NCBI GenBank assembly: GCA_944371305.1
Contig: CALVXM010000002.1
Span: 34,661 to 98,660, forward strand
DNA: 64,000 bases
From: an uncultured Bacilli bacterium
Lineage (GTDB): Bacteria > Bacillota_I > Bacilli_A > RF39 > UBA660
Reading direction: 5' to 3'
Shown here: positions 39,968 to 50,336 of the stretch, one piece after another
Layout: the number at the start of each line of letters is the position of its first letter
Numbering within the stretch: the stretch's first letter is position 1
Made by a program: the position numbers and the translations under genes
The notes under the pieces: model-generated
Told to the model about the DNA's origin: nothing
Seen by the model: the letters and a program-made list of their open reading frames with translations, nothing else
Databases searched by the model: none

Positions 39968-42076
39968 ATGAATCCATACCAAGAAAATTTGGAAAATGTC
40001 TTAGAAAAATATGGACGAGACATTACCCAAGCAGTAAAAGATAACAAAATCGATCCCGTTATTGGTCGTGATGATGAAATAAGAAGTATAACGAGAATTT
40101 TATCTCGAAAAACTAAAAATAATCCTGTTTTAATCGGCGAACCAGGCGTTGGTAAAACCGCCATTGTCGAAGGATTAGCAACCCGTATATTTAAAGGAGA
40201 TGTACCTAATTCTTTAAAAAATAAACGAATTTGGGAACTTGATATGGGAGCTTTAATAGCGGGAGCTAAATACCGTGGGGAATTTGAGGAAAGATTAAAA
40301 GCTGTTTTAAAAGAAATCAAAGATTCTAACGGTGAAATTATTATGTTTATTGATGAAATTCATATGATTGTTGGAGCTGGTGCTTTAGAAGGTGCTATGG
40401 ATGCAGGCAATATGTTAAAACCAATGTTAGCTCGTGGTGAAATTCATTGTATCGGGGCTACAACTTTAAATGAATATCGTAAATATATTGAAAAAGATGG
40501 GGCTTTAGAGCGAAGATTCCAAAAAATCTTAGTTAATCCACCAACTGTTATGGATACCATTACCATATTACGTGGTTTAAAGCCAAAATTAGAAGTCTAC
40601 CACGGTGTCAATATTAAAGATAAAGCTTTAATTGCTGCTGCTACTTTATCAGATAGATATATTACAGATAGGTTTTTACCAGATAAAGCGATTGACTTAA
40701 TCGATGAAGCATGTGCCACAATTAAAGTACAAATGGAATCTGTTCCAACTGAACTTGATACTTTAACTAGAAATATTATGCAATTACAAATTGAAAAAGA
40801 AGCTTTAAAAAAAGAAAAGGATGATTTATCTAAACATCGTAAAGAAGAAATCGATAATAAAATTAATGAATTAAAAGTTAAAGAGGACGCTTTAAGAAAA
40901 AGTTGGGAAGAAGAAAAAAATATTAATACTTTAATCAGTAAGAAAAAGGAAGAAATAGATACTACTGGGCATAAGCTAGAAAAAGCAGAAAATGAATATG
41001 ATTTAGAAACAGCCGCTAAATTAAGACATGGTGTTTTACCACAATTAGAAAAAGAATTAGCTGAATTAAACAGTAAAAATAAGTCCGAAATTTTAAGTGA
41101 TACTGTCGATGATAACGACATTGCTAAAATAATATCTAAATGGACTAACATTCCAATTAGTAAATTAGTCGATAGTGAAAAAGATAAATTATTAAAGTTA
41201 AATGAAAATATGAAAAAAAGAGTTAAAGGTCAAGACGATGCTATTAAATTAGTTAGTGAAGCTATTATTAGGGCTAGAGCTGGTATTAAGGATCCTAATA
41301 AACCAATTGGTTCATTTATCTTCTTAGGTCCTACTGGTGTCGGTAAAACTGAAGTAGCTAGAACCTTAGCTTATGAACTATTTGATGATGAACGTCATAT
41401 GATTAGAATCGATATGAGTGAGTATATGGAAAGTCATTCCGTTGCTAGATTAATTGGTTCTCCTCCAGGATATGTTGGATATGATGATGGTGGACAATTA
41501 ACTGAAGCAGTTAGAAGAAATCCATATAGTATTGTCTTATTTGATGAAATTGAAAAAGCTCATAAAGATGTCTTTAATATTTTATTACAAATATTAGATG
41601 ATGGTCGAATTACCGATTCCCAAGGAAGAACAGTTGACTTTAAAAATACTATTATTATTATGACATCTAATTTAGGTAGTGAATATATTTTGGATAATTT
41701 AGATAATGCCAATGAATTAGTTATGGATGAATTAAGAAAAACATTTAAACCAGAATTTATTAACCGTATCGATGAAATTATTGTTTTTAAATCATTAACT
41801 AAAAATGTCATCTATGAAATATTAGATAAAATTATTCACGATATTGAAAAAAGATTAGCTGATAAACAATTACATATTAATTTAACTGATAAAGCAAGAA
41901 ATTATATTGTGGAAAACTCATACGATGAAAGATACGGTGCAAGACCAATTAAAAGATTTGTTACCAAAACTGTGGAAAATTTAATTGCTAACGAAATTAT
42001 CAACAATGATGTTAAATTTGGTTCAACTATAACAATCGATGCTAATGATAATTTATATATAGCTAAAATAGACTAA
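39968..42076 (+). CDS. clpB: Chaperone ClpB-like AAA+ disaggregase lacking the N-terminal Clp_N domain
   Basis: 702 aa starting at the conserved VIGRDDEIR block, with two AAA+ modules (GEPGVGKT; GPTGVGKT) and a coiled-coil middle domain. There is no N domain upstream, since the promoter lies there. Confidence 0.85.
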   Translation: MNPYQENLENVLEKYGRDITQAVKDNKIDPVIGRDDEIRSITRILSRKTKNNPVLIGEPGVGKTAIVEGLATRIFKGDVPNSLKNKRIWELDMGALIAGAKYRGEFEERLKAVLKEIKDSNGEIIMFIDEIHMIVGAGALEGAMDAGNMLKPMLARGEIHCIGATTLNEYRKYIEKDGALERRFQKILVNPPTVMDTITILRGLKPKLEVYHGVNIKDKALIAAATLSDRYITDRFLPDKAIDLIDEACATIKVQMESVPTELDTLTRNIMQLQIEKEALKKEKDDLSKHRKEEIDNKINELKVKEDALRKSWEEEKNINTLISKKKEEIDTTGHKLEKAENEYDLETAAKLRHGVLPQLEKELAELNSKNKSEILSDTVDDNDIAKIISKWTNIPISKLVDSEKDKLLKLNENMKKRVKGQDDAIKLVSEAIIRARAGIKDPNKPIGSFIFLGPTGVGKTEVARTLAYELFDDERHMIRIDMSEYMESHSVARLIGSPPGYVGYDDGGQLTEAVRRNPYSIVLFDEIEKAHKDVFNILLQILDDGRITDSQGRTVDFKNTIIIMTSNLGSEYILDNLDNANELVMDELRKTFKPEFINRIDEIIVFKSLTKNVIYEILDKIIHDIEKRLADKQLHINLTDKARNYIVENSYDERYGARPIKRFVTKTVENLIANEIINNDVKFGSTITIDANDNLYIAKID

Positions 42077-42108
42077 AAATCAAGGATTGATTTCCTTGAT
42101 TTTTATTT
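42076..42108. terminator. Bidirectional terminator after clpB
   Basis: AATCAAGGA-ttgatt-TCCTTGATT hairpin followed by TTTTATTTT. Confidence 0.5.
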
Positions 42109-43401
42109 TAAATTATAAATATATTCAATAAAATAAAGTGGTATATTAATTATTTTACCATCTTTCTTTAAATTATTTAAAGAAAATCTAAATGATATTT
42201 CATTATCATTTTTTAAATTATATTTAGTTAAACTAGTATTATTTGTACTTATATTTGCTTTTACCTCAATTGGAATTACGTTATTGTTTAGTTGAATGAC
42301 AAAATCAATTTCATTTCTATCAAAAGTATAATAATTAGGCGATTCCTCTAGTAAATAATTTAATATATTAGCAACATAGTTTTCCGTAAATGATCCCTTA
42401 AATTCTTCGAAAAGTTTATTGCCTTCTAAAATAATTTTACTATCTAAATTAGCCATTCTTCTTAAAAGACCGACATCATTCATATAAATTTTATAAGCAG
42501 ATAAATCTTGATATGCTTTTAATGGAAAGGCACATTTATTAACTAAATAACATTTACAAATTAAATTAGCGTCATTTAACCAATTTAAGGCCCCTTCATA
42601 TTCTCTTGCTCGAGCGCCTTCTTTTACTACTTGATAAACAAACTTTTTGTTTTCTTTAGCTAATTGTGATGGTATTCCATTCCATATTAAAGATATTTTA
42701 TTAGCTTCGGTTGTATCGACATGCTTAGAAAAATCTGCCTCATAAGAATCTAAAATATTTTTTTGAATTTTATTTACTTTTTCAATATCTTTATCATTCA
42801 CCCAACTATACACTACTTCAGGCATTCCACCAATAATATAATAAATTTTTAACTTTTCAATTAATTCATCTTCAAATATTTTTGGAATTTCACTTATCGA
42901 TTTAATTTGTTTCATAACTTCAACTAAATTTTCTAAACCATCAGCTATTAAAAATTCACTAAAAGTCATAGGGTATAAATTTAAAAAATCAACTTTACCA
43001 ACAGGAAAAGAGGTTTTAGCAAGTCTTATCCCCAAAAGTGAACCAGCACAAGCTATGTGATATTCATTAGCTTCTTCAAAAAAGTATTTTAATGAATTTA
43101 AAGCATTTGGACATTCTTGTATCTCATCAAATATTATTAATGTTGAACCAGGATTTATTTTCTTACCATTAGCTAAAGAAAGTTGCTCAATAATTCTTTT
43201 AGGATCTTTGGTATTTAAAAATAAATTGGCTAAACCTTCATCGTGATCAAAATTAAAATATGCTACATTATCATAGTTATTTAAGCCAAATTCTTTTAAT
43301 ATATATGTTTTTCCAACTTGTCTTGCCCCTTTTAAAATTAAAGGTTTTCTATCTTTGCTGTTTTTCCAATCAGATAATTTTTTAGTTATAAATCTTTGCA
43401 T
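42103..43401 (-). CDS. AAA+ ATPase of the DUF4143 family
   Basis: P-loop GARQVGKTY with a C-terminal DUF4143-like region; 432 aa. Confidence 0.65.
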   Translation of the reverse strand: MQRFITKKLSDWKNSKDRKPLILKGARQVGKTYILKEFGLNNYDNVAYFNFDHDEGLANLFLNTKDPKRIIEQLSLANGKKINPGSTLIIFDEIQECPNALNSLKYFFEEANEYHIACAGSLLGIRLAKTSFPVGKVDFLNLYPMTFSEFLIADGLENLVEVMKQIKSISEIPKIFEDELIEKLKIYYIIGGMPEVVYSWVNDKDIEKVNKIQKNILDSYEADFSKHVDTTEANKISLIWNGIPSQLAKENKKFVYQVVKEGARAREYEGALNWLNDANLICKCYLVNKCAFPLKAYQDLSAYKIYMNDVGLLRRMANLDSKIILEGNKLFEEFKGSFTENYVANILNYLLEESPNYYTFDRNEIDFVIQLNNNVIPIEVKANISTNNTSLTKYNLKNDNEISFRFSLNNLKKDGKIINIPLYFIEYIYNLK

Positions 43402-43500
43402 ACTATCACCTCTGATAATATTATATCACATTTTTTCAAAGTAAATACCAAAATTAATCACGTTTTTGTATGCTTTTTTTTACTTTTTTTCACATTTTTG

Positions 43501-44727
43501 TTAATTTGCTGAATTATTTATATATTCCAAAGTTTTAATAATAGCTAATTTCCCATAAGGATACATTAATGTTCCTTGTAAATAAGCAATATAAGGTTCT
43601 CTTATCGGACCATCACAAGATAATTCAATTGATGATCCTTGCGTAAATGTTCCAGCTGCCATTACAACTTTATCTTGATATCCAGGCATATCCCAAGGAA
43701 TAGGCAAAACATAAGAATCAATAGCTGAAGCAGATTGAATACCTTGACAAAACTTAACTAACTTTTCTTCGCTTCCAAAAACAATATTTTGAACGATATC
43801 AGCTCTTTCTTCATCATATTTAGGTTCAACCTGATAACCTAATTGTTCAAAAACACAACTAGTTAATATTGCCGTTTTTAAACTGCTAGCTACTACACTT
43901 GGCGCAAAATATAAACCTTGTAATAAAGACTTATTAACCCCTAAACTAGGTCCAACCTCTCTTCCTTCTCCTGGTAACGTAAGGCGCTCTGCCACTAAGT
44001 TAATTAAATCTTTTCTACCCACTACATAAGCACCATTACTAGCTATACCGCCACCCAAATTCTTAATCAATGAACCAACTGCCACATCAGCACCAATTTC
44101 AATCGGTTCTTTATTTGACACAAATTCACAATAACAGTTATCTATCATAATTATTACTTTTGAATCAATATTCTTAATAAATTTTATTACTTTTTCTAAC
44201 TTATCAATCGTAATACTTTTTCTCGTTGAGTATCCTTTTGATCTTTGAATTTCTATGACTTTAATTTTTTTATTTTTTAATACTTTCTCGATTTTTTCAT
44301 AATCAAAATCATTATCAATTAAATCAATTTGTTCAAAATTAATGTTAAATGATTTTAAAGAACTAGGGTTATCAACTATACCAATTACTTCATCTAGTGT
44401 ATCATAAGGTTTTCCTGTAATGCTTAATAAAGTATCACCAGGTCTTAGTAAAGCAAATAAAGTAACTGTTAAAGCATGACTCCCTGAAATAAACTGATTC
44501 CTAACTAATGCATCTTCTGCCTTGAAAACATTAGCAAAAACCTTTTCAATGACGTCTCTACCTTCATCGTTATACCCATACCCGGTAGTCATATTAAAAT
44601 GTGTTTCACTGACATTATTTCTTTGAAAAGCTTCCAATACTTTACTACTATTTTCAAAACAAATGTTATCAACAATTTGAAATTGTTCAAGACATTTTTC
44701 TTCTAGTTTATCAACAAATTCTTTCAT
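43501..44727 (-). CDS. PLP-dependent Cys/Met-metabolism family protein (aluminium-resistance-protein-like)
   Basis: 408 aa with the fold and spacing typical of the YnbB/aluminium-resistance family of PLP enzymes. Confidence 0.6.
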   Translation of the reverse strand: MKEFVDKLEEKCLEQFQIVDNICFENSSKVLEAFQRNNVSETHFNMTTGYGYNDEGRDVIEKVFANVFKAEDALVRNQFISGSHALTVTLFALLRPGDTLLSITGKPYDTLDEVIGIVDNPSSLKSFNINFEQIDLIDNDFDYEKIEKVLKNKKIKVIEIQRSKGYSTRKSITIDKLEKVIKFIKNIDSKVIIMIDNCYCEFVSNKEPIEIGADVAVGSLIKNLGGGIASNGAYVVGRKDLINLVAERLTLPGEGREVGPSLGVNKSLLQGLYFAPSVVASSLKTAILTSCVFEQLGYQVEPKYDEERADIVQNIVFGSEEKLVKFCQGIQSASAIDSYVLPIPWDMPGYQDKVVMAAGTFTQGSSIELSCDGPIREPYIAYLQGTLMYPYGKLAIIKTLEYINNSAN

Positions 44728-45455
44728 CTTCTTACACCACCATCTACTCTAATAATAGAACCATTTATATAACTTGCTTCTTTTGTCGTTAAAAAATAAA
44801 CCACATTAGCTATTTCTTCTGGTTCAGCAAATCTATTTAATAAAATTTTGGATATTTCTTTATCTTTAAATTCTTGAGACATATTCTTGTTCATATCGGT
44901 ATTAATCCAACCACAAGCAATCGCATTAACCTTAACTAATGGCGCATAGATATTAGCAAAATTCAAAGTCAAAGAATTAAGACCAGCTTTAGAAGCATCG
45001 TAGTCTAAGCTTTCTTGATAATAAGTATCGATGGCATTAGTTGAGGAAATATTAATTATTTCGCCATACCCTTGATTATACATATATTTTCCGATATACT
45101 TACTAGTTAAAAAAGGACCAATTAAATTTGTATCTAATATTTTTTTAAAGTTATCCACAGTTTTATCTTCTAAAGTTGTGTCGATACTAATACCAGCATT
45201 ATTAATTAACACATCGATTGTTTGAAAGCTAGATTTTATATTATCTAACAATTTTATTACCTCTTGTTCATCAGATACATCACTTTTTATAATTGTAACT
45301 TTGATATCAAATTGTTCTAATTCTTGTTTTGTATGTAAAGCACTTTCATCATCGTTTAAATATGTAAGAATTAAGTTATAGTTGTGTAAAGCAAAAACTT
45401 TAGCAATTGCTTTTCCTAATCCTTTTGTTCCTCCAGTTATCAATGCATTTTTCAA
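44724..45455 (-). CDS. SDR-family oxidoreductase (FabG-like)
   Basis: TGGTKGLGKAIA cofactor motif and catalytic YxxxK (YDASK); 243 aa. Confidence 0.8.
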   Translation of the reverse strand: MKNALITGGTKGLGKAIAKVFALHNYNLILTYLNDDESALHTKQELEQFDIKVTIIKSDVSDEQEVIKLLDNIKSSFQTIDVLINNAGISIDTTLEDKTVDNFKKILDTNLIGPFLTSKYIGKYMYNQGYGEIINISSTNAIDTYYQESLDYDASKAGLNSLTLNFANIYAPLVKVNAIACGWINTDMNKNMSQEFKDKEISKILLNRFAEPEEIANVVYFLTTKEASYINGSIIRVDGGVRR

Positions 45456-45522
45456 ACTATCACCTCTTTAAATTTCCACTACAATTATATCATATAAAAA
45501 TAATTGCTAACAACGTTAACAA

Positions 45523-46107
45523 TTATTTTGATTTTATTTCATCAATATATTTATTTACTTTACTAGCCCATGTTTTACTAGCTGCATACTTAGAATTCAT
45601 CTCCTCTGGTGTTGTTAAACCTTTTTTTATATAGTTTCGAGATATGTTTTCAATAAATCCCTTAATACCTTCTTCCAATGTTTTATAAGATCTATAACTA
45701 CCACCATTACATGATGGTTTACCAACTTGACCACCTACATTATTGCATTTTTTCACAAGTTGACTACATTCCCACTTACATCCAGTTTCATGCAGTGATA
45801 TAGCAACGGCCAAATAAGGATCAACATTATTTTCTAAAGAATATTTTACAAATAAATTACCTTTACCTTCTAAATCAGAATTTAAAGATTTATTAATTTT
45901 AGCTATTAATTCCTTTTCTGTCAATCCATCAAAAACAATTGGTTCTTCTACCTCAACTGGTTCTTCAGTTTTTTCAACCATAGGAGCTTCAGCTAGTTGT
46001 ATAACAGGCTCAGTATTAGATGTCTTTTTATTATTTAATAGCACTACAGATAAAAAACTACCGCTTACTACTAAAATCCCTAAAAAAACACACAGCTTTG
46101 TTTTCAA
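45523..46107 (-). CDS. Secreted glucosaminidase-domain protein (peptidoglycan hydrolase-like)
   Basis: Signal/TM N-terminus and a segment AISLHETGCKWECSQLVKKCNNVGGQ resembling the FlgJ/LytD glucosaminidase motif. A sigma-A-like promoter TTGACC-17-TAAAAT lies upstream. Confidence 0.45.
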   Translation of the reverse strand: MKTKLCVFLGILVVSGSFLSVVLLNNKKTSNTEPVIQLAEAPMVEKTEEPVEVEEPIVFDGLTEKELIAKINKSLNSDLEGKGNLFVKYSLENNVDPYLAVAISLHETGCKWECSQLVKKCNNVGGQVGKPSCNGGSYRSYKTLEEGIKGFIENISRNYIKKGLTTPEEMNSKYAASKTWASKVNKYIDEIKSK

Positions 46108-46201
46108 AAAATTTCACCTCTTCAAAAAATTTGGGAAAACGTTATCCATTTTAACACATTTTTTTGAATCGGTCAAATTGATATAATTTGCTAAAATATA
46201 A

Positions 46202-47203
46202 TTATTTTTTGATTTTAAGCTTTTTTATAATTAAAACAGTACTAATTAAAATAATCAAACCACTAATAACCATAGGAACAATCAAAGGTAAATAACTATC
46301 TTTTTTTAGTTGTAATTGTAAGGCTTGATTAGTAGGAGGAATTTCAATAGATTTTATCTTTTCATTTCTTTTGATAATTATTTTATATTCTTTAGTGGAA
46401 CCATCCTCCGCAGTAACTTTAATAATATATTCGTTATTTCCAATATTTAAAGCTTTTTCACCGGTTCCTGTCACAATAGCCCTATCATCTAAAGCAACAG
46501 CACTAATTTTAATAACTTTTGTATCATAGTCAACTTCTAAACTATACTCGTAGATATCAGAATCAAATTCAAATCCTGCAATATCTAGTTCTATAGATTT
46601 CAAATTGCTATTATTAGATTTAACCACTTCTTCTTTACTTTGATTATTAACGGTGGAGTTATTAGACTTTTTAGGGGCATCATCTAAATAAATATAGCCA
46701 ATTATATTATCAGCATTAGTATAACGCGTCATCCCTTCAGATACTCCGTCACCATTTAAAGCAATAGTTTTAAACTCACAAATTCTAGTAGGATCATTTT
46801 CGCAATATACTTCTTCCATTTCCATTAATCCACCTTCATTGGTCACCATATAATCTCCATTGACTGATACAACATAACCAACATGACCATAACCATCAGA
46901 AGACGACATAACAACTATTGAATTAGGTCTAGCCTCTTTTCCAACCGAATATCCATCGTTTTTAGCATTGCTATACCAATCCTGTGCATTACCCCATCCT
47001 GGTAAGGAAACGCCTGCCTTCTCATAAGCTTGTTGCCATGCATACCAAGTACACCTTATTGTCTTAGCGCCATATAAAGTCTGAGTTTTACCATAAGGGT
47101 TAGAAACCGCATAAACATTAGTATTACAACAAAAGAAAATTAATAATATAATTAATCCTTTAATTATTTTCATTTTCTCATCAATCTCCCTACCAACGAT
47201 CAC
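46202..47203 (-). CDS. CHAP-domain peptidoglycan amidase/peptidase, C-terminally membrane-anchored
   Basis: CHAP catalytic Cys (CTWYAWQ) and His (GHVGYV), a beta-sandwich repeat region, and a C-terminal TM helix. Confidence 0.7.
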   Translation of the reverse strand: MIVGREIDEKMKIIKGLIILLIFFCCNTNVYAVSNPYGKTQTLYGAKTIRCTWYAWQQAYEKAGVSLPGWGNAQDWYSNAKNDGYSVGKEARPNSIVVMSSSDGYGHVGYVVSVNGDYMVTNEGGLMEMEEVYCENDPTRICEFKTIALNGDGVSEGMTRYTNADNIIGYIYLDDAPKKSNNSTVNNQSKEEVVKSNNSNLKSIELDIAGFEFDSDIYEYSLEVDYDTKVIKISAVALDDRAIVTGTGEKALNIGNNEYIIKVTAEDGSTKEYKIIIKRNEKIKSIEIPPTNQALQLQLKKDSYLPLIVPMVISGLIILISTVLIIKKLKIKK

Positions 47204-48146
47204 ATTTTAAATTATACTCATCACAAAGTTCTTCGGTTAAATCTATAGCTTGGGGTATGGGATCACCACAAGGACCAGTAAATTTTATTGCACTAGAAAA
47301 GGCATTTTTTATTTTTTCATTAACAGATATAGCTTCAGTTTTATAACCTACATTAGCAAAAGTCAAATAATTATATGAATATTCAAAGCGATGATTATTA
47401 ATACTATAAGTAAAATCTTTAATTCCTTCTATTTTACTTTTTTTATATTGTGACAATAACTTTTCAGCAGTTTGTTCCTTCGATTTATTAAATTTTAAAT
47501 AATCCCATTTATTTTTTAAATCCTCTTCTGATACCTCACCATCAACAGCATCTTCTCCCGGCCAATAACTAACATAATTGCCACTTTTAATATAAGCATG
47601 CGGATAAACTTCTTTAAGATTAGTAGTAAACATGGCGAATCCACACAATACTGTGTTTTGTTCGATATGGACTTTAATATTATCATTTAAATTAAGAACA
47701 TTTTCTGGCTTTTTTGTCGTATCGACATTAGTATTAGAACCTACTTCATCATCTTTTTCTTCTACAACGATATTTTTTTCCCACTTAGCTTTTAAAGTTA
47801 TCTCTTTGTCTATTTTAGCAGTAAAATCAAATGTTTTACCATCTAATTGCCACTCTATAAAAGTATATCCATTTTTAATAGGATTATCGGGCTTTTCTAC
47901 ACATTCTCCTTTTAAAACAACAACACTATCGGTATTAGAACCGCCATCACTATCAAAATTAACTGTATAATAAACTTCTTCAACTATTTTATCGTTATTT
48001 TCTTCAACATTCGCATTTTGTTCTAGATTTTGTTTATTATCATCTATATCACTATTTTTAGTATAATTTAAAATTACAAAAATTAAAGACAATATTAAAA
48101 TCAATAATATTCCAACTAATATAAAAACTAATTTCTTATTTTTCAT
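47190..48146 (-). CDS. Membrane-anchored protein with Listeria-Bacteroides (Flg_new) repeat
   Basis: N-terminal TM helix and the motif YTVNFDSDGGS...NGYTFIEWQLDGKTFDF characteristic of the Flg_new repeat. Confidence 0.45.
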   Translation of the reverse strand: MKNKKLVFILVGILLILILSLIFVILNYTKNSDIDDNKQNLEQNANVEENNDKIVEEVYYTVNFDSDGGSNTDSVVVLKGECVEKPDNPIKNGYTFIEWQLDGKTFDFTAKIDKEITLKAKWEKNIVVEEKDDEVGSNTNVDTTKKPENVLNLNDNIKVHIEQNTVLCGFAMFTTNLKEVYPHAYIKSGNYVSYWPGEDAVDGEVSEEDLKNKWDYLKFNKSKEQTAEKLLSQYKKSKIEGIKDFTYSINNHRFEYSYNYLTFANVGYKTEAISVNEKIKNAFSSAIKFTGPCGDPIPQAIDLTEELCDEYNLKCDRW

Positions 48147-48267
48147 AATTATTCACCCATTAAAATTTTATCATCTTTAGCTATTTTATTCAATATTCGC
48201 CTTGATATTAATTTTAAAATTAATTAAATCAACAATATATTTTATTCAACAAAATTAATATTATTTA

Positions 48268-48297
48268 ACAAAAAAATCGACTCATAAGAATCGATTT
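48268..48297 (-). terminator. Intrinsic terminator closing the tRNA-His-adjacent islet operon
   Basis: AAATCGA-ttcttatgag-TCGATTT hairpin followed by a T7 run on the minus strand, downstream of the last islet gene. Confidence 0.5.
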
Positions 48298-48411
48298 CTA
48301 TCTTGAAGTCTATTCGACTTTTTTCCATTCTGGGGCAATAAACAAACGAGTTTTGCACCCAAGTAGTAAAAGTATTTAATAATACTTGGTAAATTAATTG
48401 TAGCACATTTT

Positions 48412-49047
48412 TTATAATTTGTTAATATATTCAGTTAAAATTAAGTTTAATAATTTCATTATTTTTTCTTTTAAAACAGTAACCTCTTGTAATGCTGTTT
48501 CATTAAAAATATCACGTGCTAAAGGCATATCAACCCCTATTTCGTAATGATATTTGTTATCATATAAACAAATTCCAACATCAATATTTTCATCAATCAA
48601 TGTTTTATTTATTTTTTTATATAATTCAAAATCTTTTGGTTGAACACAATAATGAAATACATCATTTCTAAAAGACAAATATTTAGCATTTACTGTATCA
48701 GGATATTCTTCTGGTTTTAAAGTTTCATCATTTAATTCCTCAAATAGCTTTCTAATTTCTTCATTAGTATTCCAATTATCATATAATTTTTTATAATATG
48801 GCGATCTTTTTATAGTACCTAGTAGTTTTAACCCCTCTTTTAAATTGCTTACAAGATTTTTAAACAAATACATTAACATATTACTTAATTGACTATTTTC
48901 TGTATCTTTATTGCCCTTATAAATTGAATCAAACATTTGCGTATTTATAAACAAATCATTATATAAACGCGAAATATTATAATATGCAAAACCTGTATAA
49001 TCAGGTTTATAAAATTTTTCTCTAGTTATATTTTTATTTTCTATCAT
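48412..49047 (-). CDS. Hypothetical protein, third gene of the QueC-like operon (candidate effector)
   Basis: 211 aa, with no recognisable motifs (no TatD HxH, no nuclease or TM signatures seen). The start is 2 nt after the QueC-like stop, with a GGAG RBS inside the upstream gene. Confidence 0.4.
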   Translation of the reverse strand: MIENKNITREKFYKPDYTGFAYYNISRLYNDLFINTQMFDSIYKGNKDTENSQLSNMLMYLFKNLVSNLKEGLKLLGTIKRSPYYKKLYDNWNTNEEIRKLFEELNDETLKPEEYPDTVNAKYLSFRNDVFHYCVQPKDFELYKKINKTLIDENIDVGICLYDNKYHYEIGVDMPLARDIFNETALQEVTVLKEKIMKLLNLILTEYINKL

Positions 49048-49049
49048 AA

Positions 49050-50336
49050 TTACTCCAATACTTTAAAATACTTTTCTAATTCTTTTGCAAAATTATTAAG
49101 TAAACTTTCTATTTCGCTTAAATAATTATCATCGCAATAATACCTCTTATCCAAATCAAGATAATTATATATACTTTTATCCATTATTGCATTATAAAAT
49201 TGTTTATAATATAAAATTAAAGACTTTTTTTCACTATATTTATAATATGCGGCCTTTAAATCTTCATCTATATTATTTTTTTTAGAAATACTACATTCAT
49301 ATTCTTTTATTTTTTTTAAATCAATTAAGTTTTTGGGTAAACAATAATCGGAATCATACATGTCTAATCCATTATTATGAATTCCTATTTGACGTAATAT
49401 ACATGCAATGCAAACTCCACAATGAAAATTACCTTTATGCTTATTTCTAAAATGTACTATTCCTGGATTTTTTGAACATGTCCTAGTATTATTTTTAATA
49501 TGCATTAAATAATTATCTGGAATAAAACTTATCACCTCAGATTTTGTTTTATATTTAAACGGATTAATAACTGAAATATTAATACCAAGTTTTTCTAATA
49601 TTTCATTAAACATAAATAATGTTTTTTGATTAGTGGTCTTAGTAACTCTTCGACTAAAATTAAATTTTGGATTTAAAGACATTATTCCATTTTCGTATAT
49701 TTTAATTTTATTTATGTTGTAATAATCTGCATAAATTATACAAGAAACTAAAAACATTAACGATCTTGTTCTTTCTGTATAATGACTATCACATTTAAAA
49801 TTTTTCTTTAAAATTTCTACTCTAACATTATTAACATCTTTTATTAATTCATCATAAATTTTGGCTGAGTTATTCAACTCTATTGAATTAGTCTGAAATG
49901 TAACAAATATCGTATTATTAGATTTTTCAAATTGCGTTCCAGCAAGTGAATCTAACCCTCCCGATAGGAGACAAATTGAATTGTATTTAATTGTATCTAC
50001 ATCCAGATGATTATTATCAATAAATTTAGGAGTTTTAATTTTATAAAAATTTATATTCCAATTTTCTCCATTAGTAACATATTTTACTAATTTATTAAGT
50101 TCATCTTTTATATTATTAAATAAATCTAAATTATTAACTGGAATATTAAGTGTCAATTTTTTCAGATTATTAGTGTCTTCATCTCTTGGAGTATAAAAAT
50201 CAGTATATACAATATACGATAATGCATCAAACAAGTCTAAAACTATAGAATTACCATAATTTTTAATTCCTAAAAGATTGTTCGCATTATAATGTTCTTG
50301 ATACGGGAGTTTTTCTTTAAATAAAATACTTTTCAT
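49050..50336 (-). CDS. QueC-like PP-loop ATPase (QatC/Cap9-type, with ~120-aa N-terminal extension)
   Basis: PP-loop SGGLDS (ICLLSGGLDSLAG) and a C-terminal Zn cysteine cluster C-x17-C-x2-C-x2-C (HCGVCIACILR), as in QueC. At 428 aa it is twice the size of housekeeping QueC. The start overlaps the upstream stop (TAATG). Confidence 0.75.
   Translation of the reverse strand: MKSILFKEKLPYQEHYNANNLLGIKNYGNSIVLDLFDALSYIVYTDFYTPRDEDTNNLKKLTLNIPVNNLDLFNNIKDELNKLVKYVTNGENWNINFYKIKTPKFIDNNHLDVDTIKYNSICLLSGGLDSLAGTQFEKSNNTIFVTFQTNSIELNNSAKIYDELIKDVNNVRVEILKKNFKCDSHYTERTRSLMFLVSCIIYADYYNINKIKIYENGIMSLNPKFNFSRRVTKTTNQKTLFMFNEILEKLGINISVINPFKYKTKSEVISFIPDNYLMHIKNNTRTCSKNPGIVHFRNKHKGNFHCGVCIACILRQIGIHNNGLDMYDSDYCLPKNLIDLKKIKEYECSISKKNNIDEDLKAAYYKYSEKKSLILYYKQFYNAIMDKSIYNYLDLDKRYYCDDNYLSEIESLLNNFAKELEKYFKVLE

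Noticed and set aside
48331-48341. att-like direct repeat of the tRNA-His 3' end
   Set aside because: Only 11/13 identity with a 2-nt gap over a short AT-rich segment. It is mentioned in the islet finding as a possibility but is too weak to annotate as a mobile-element boundary.
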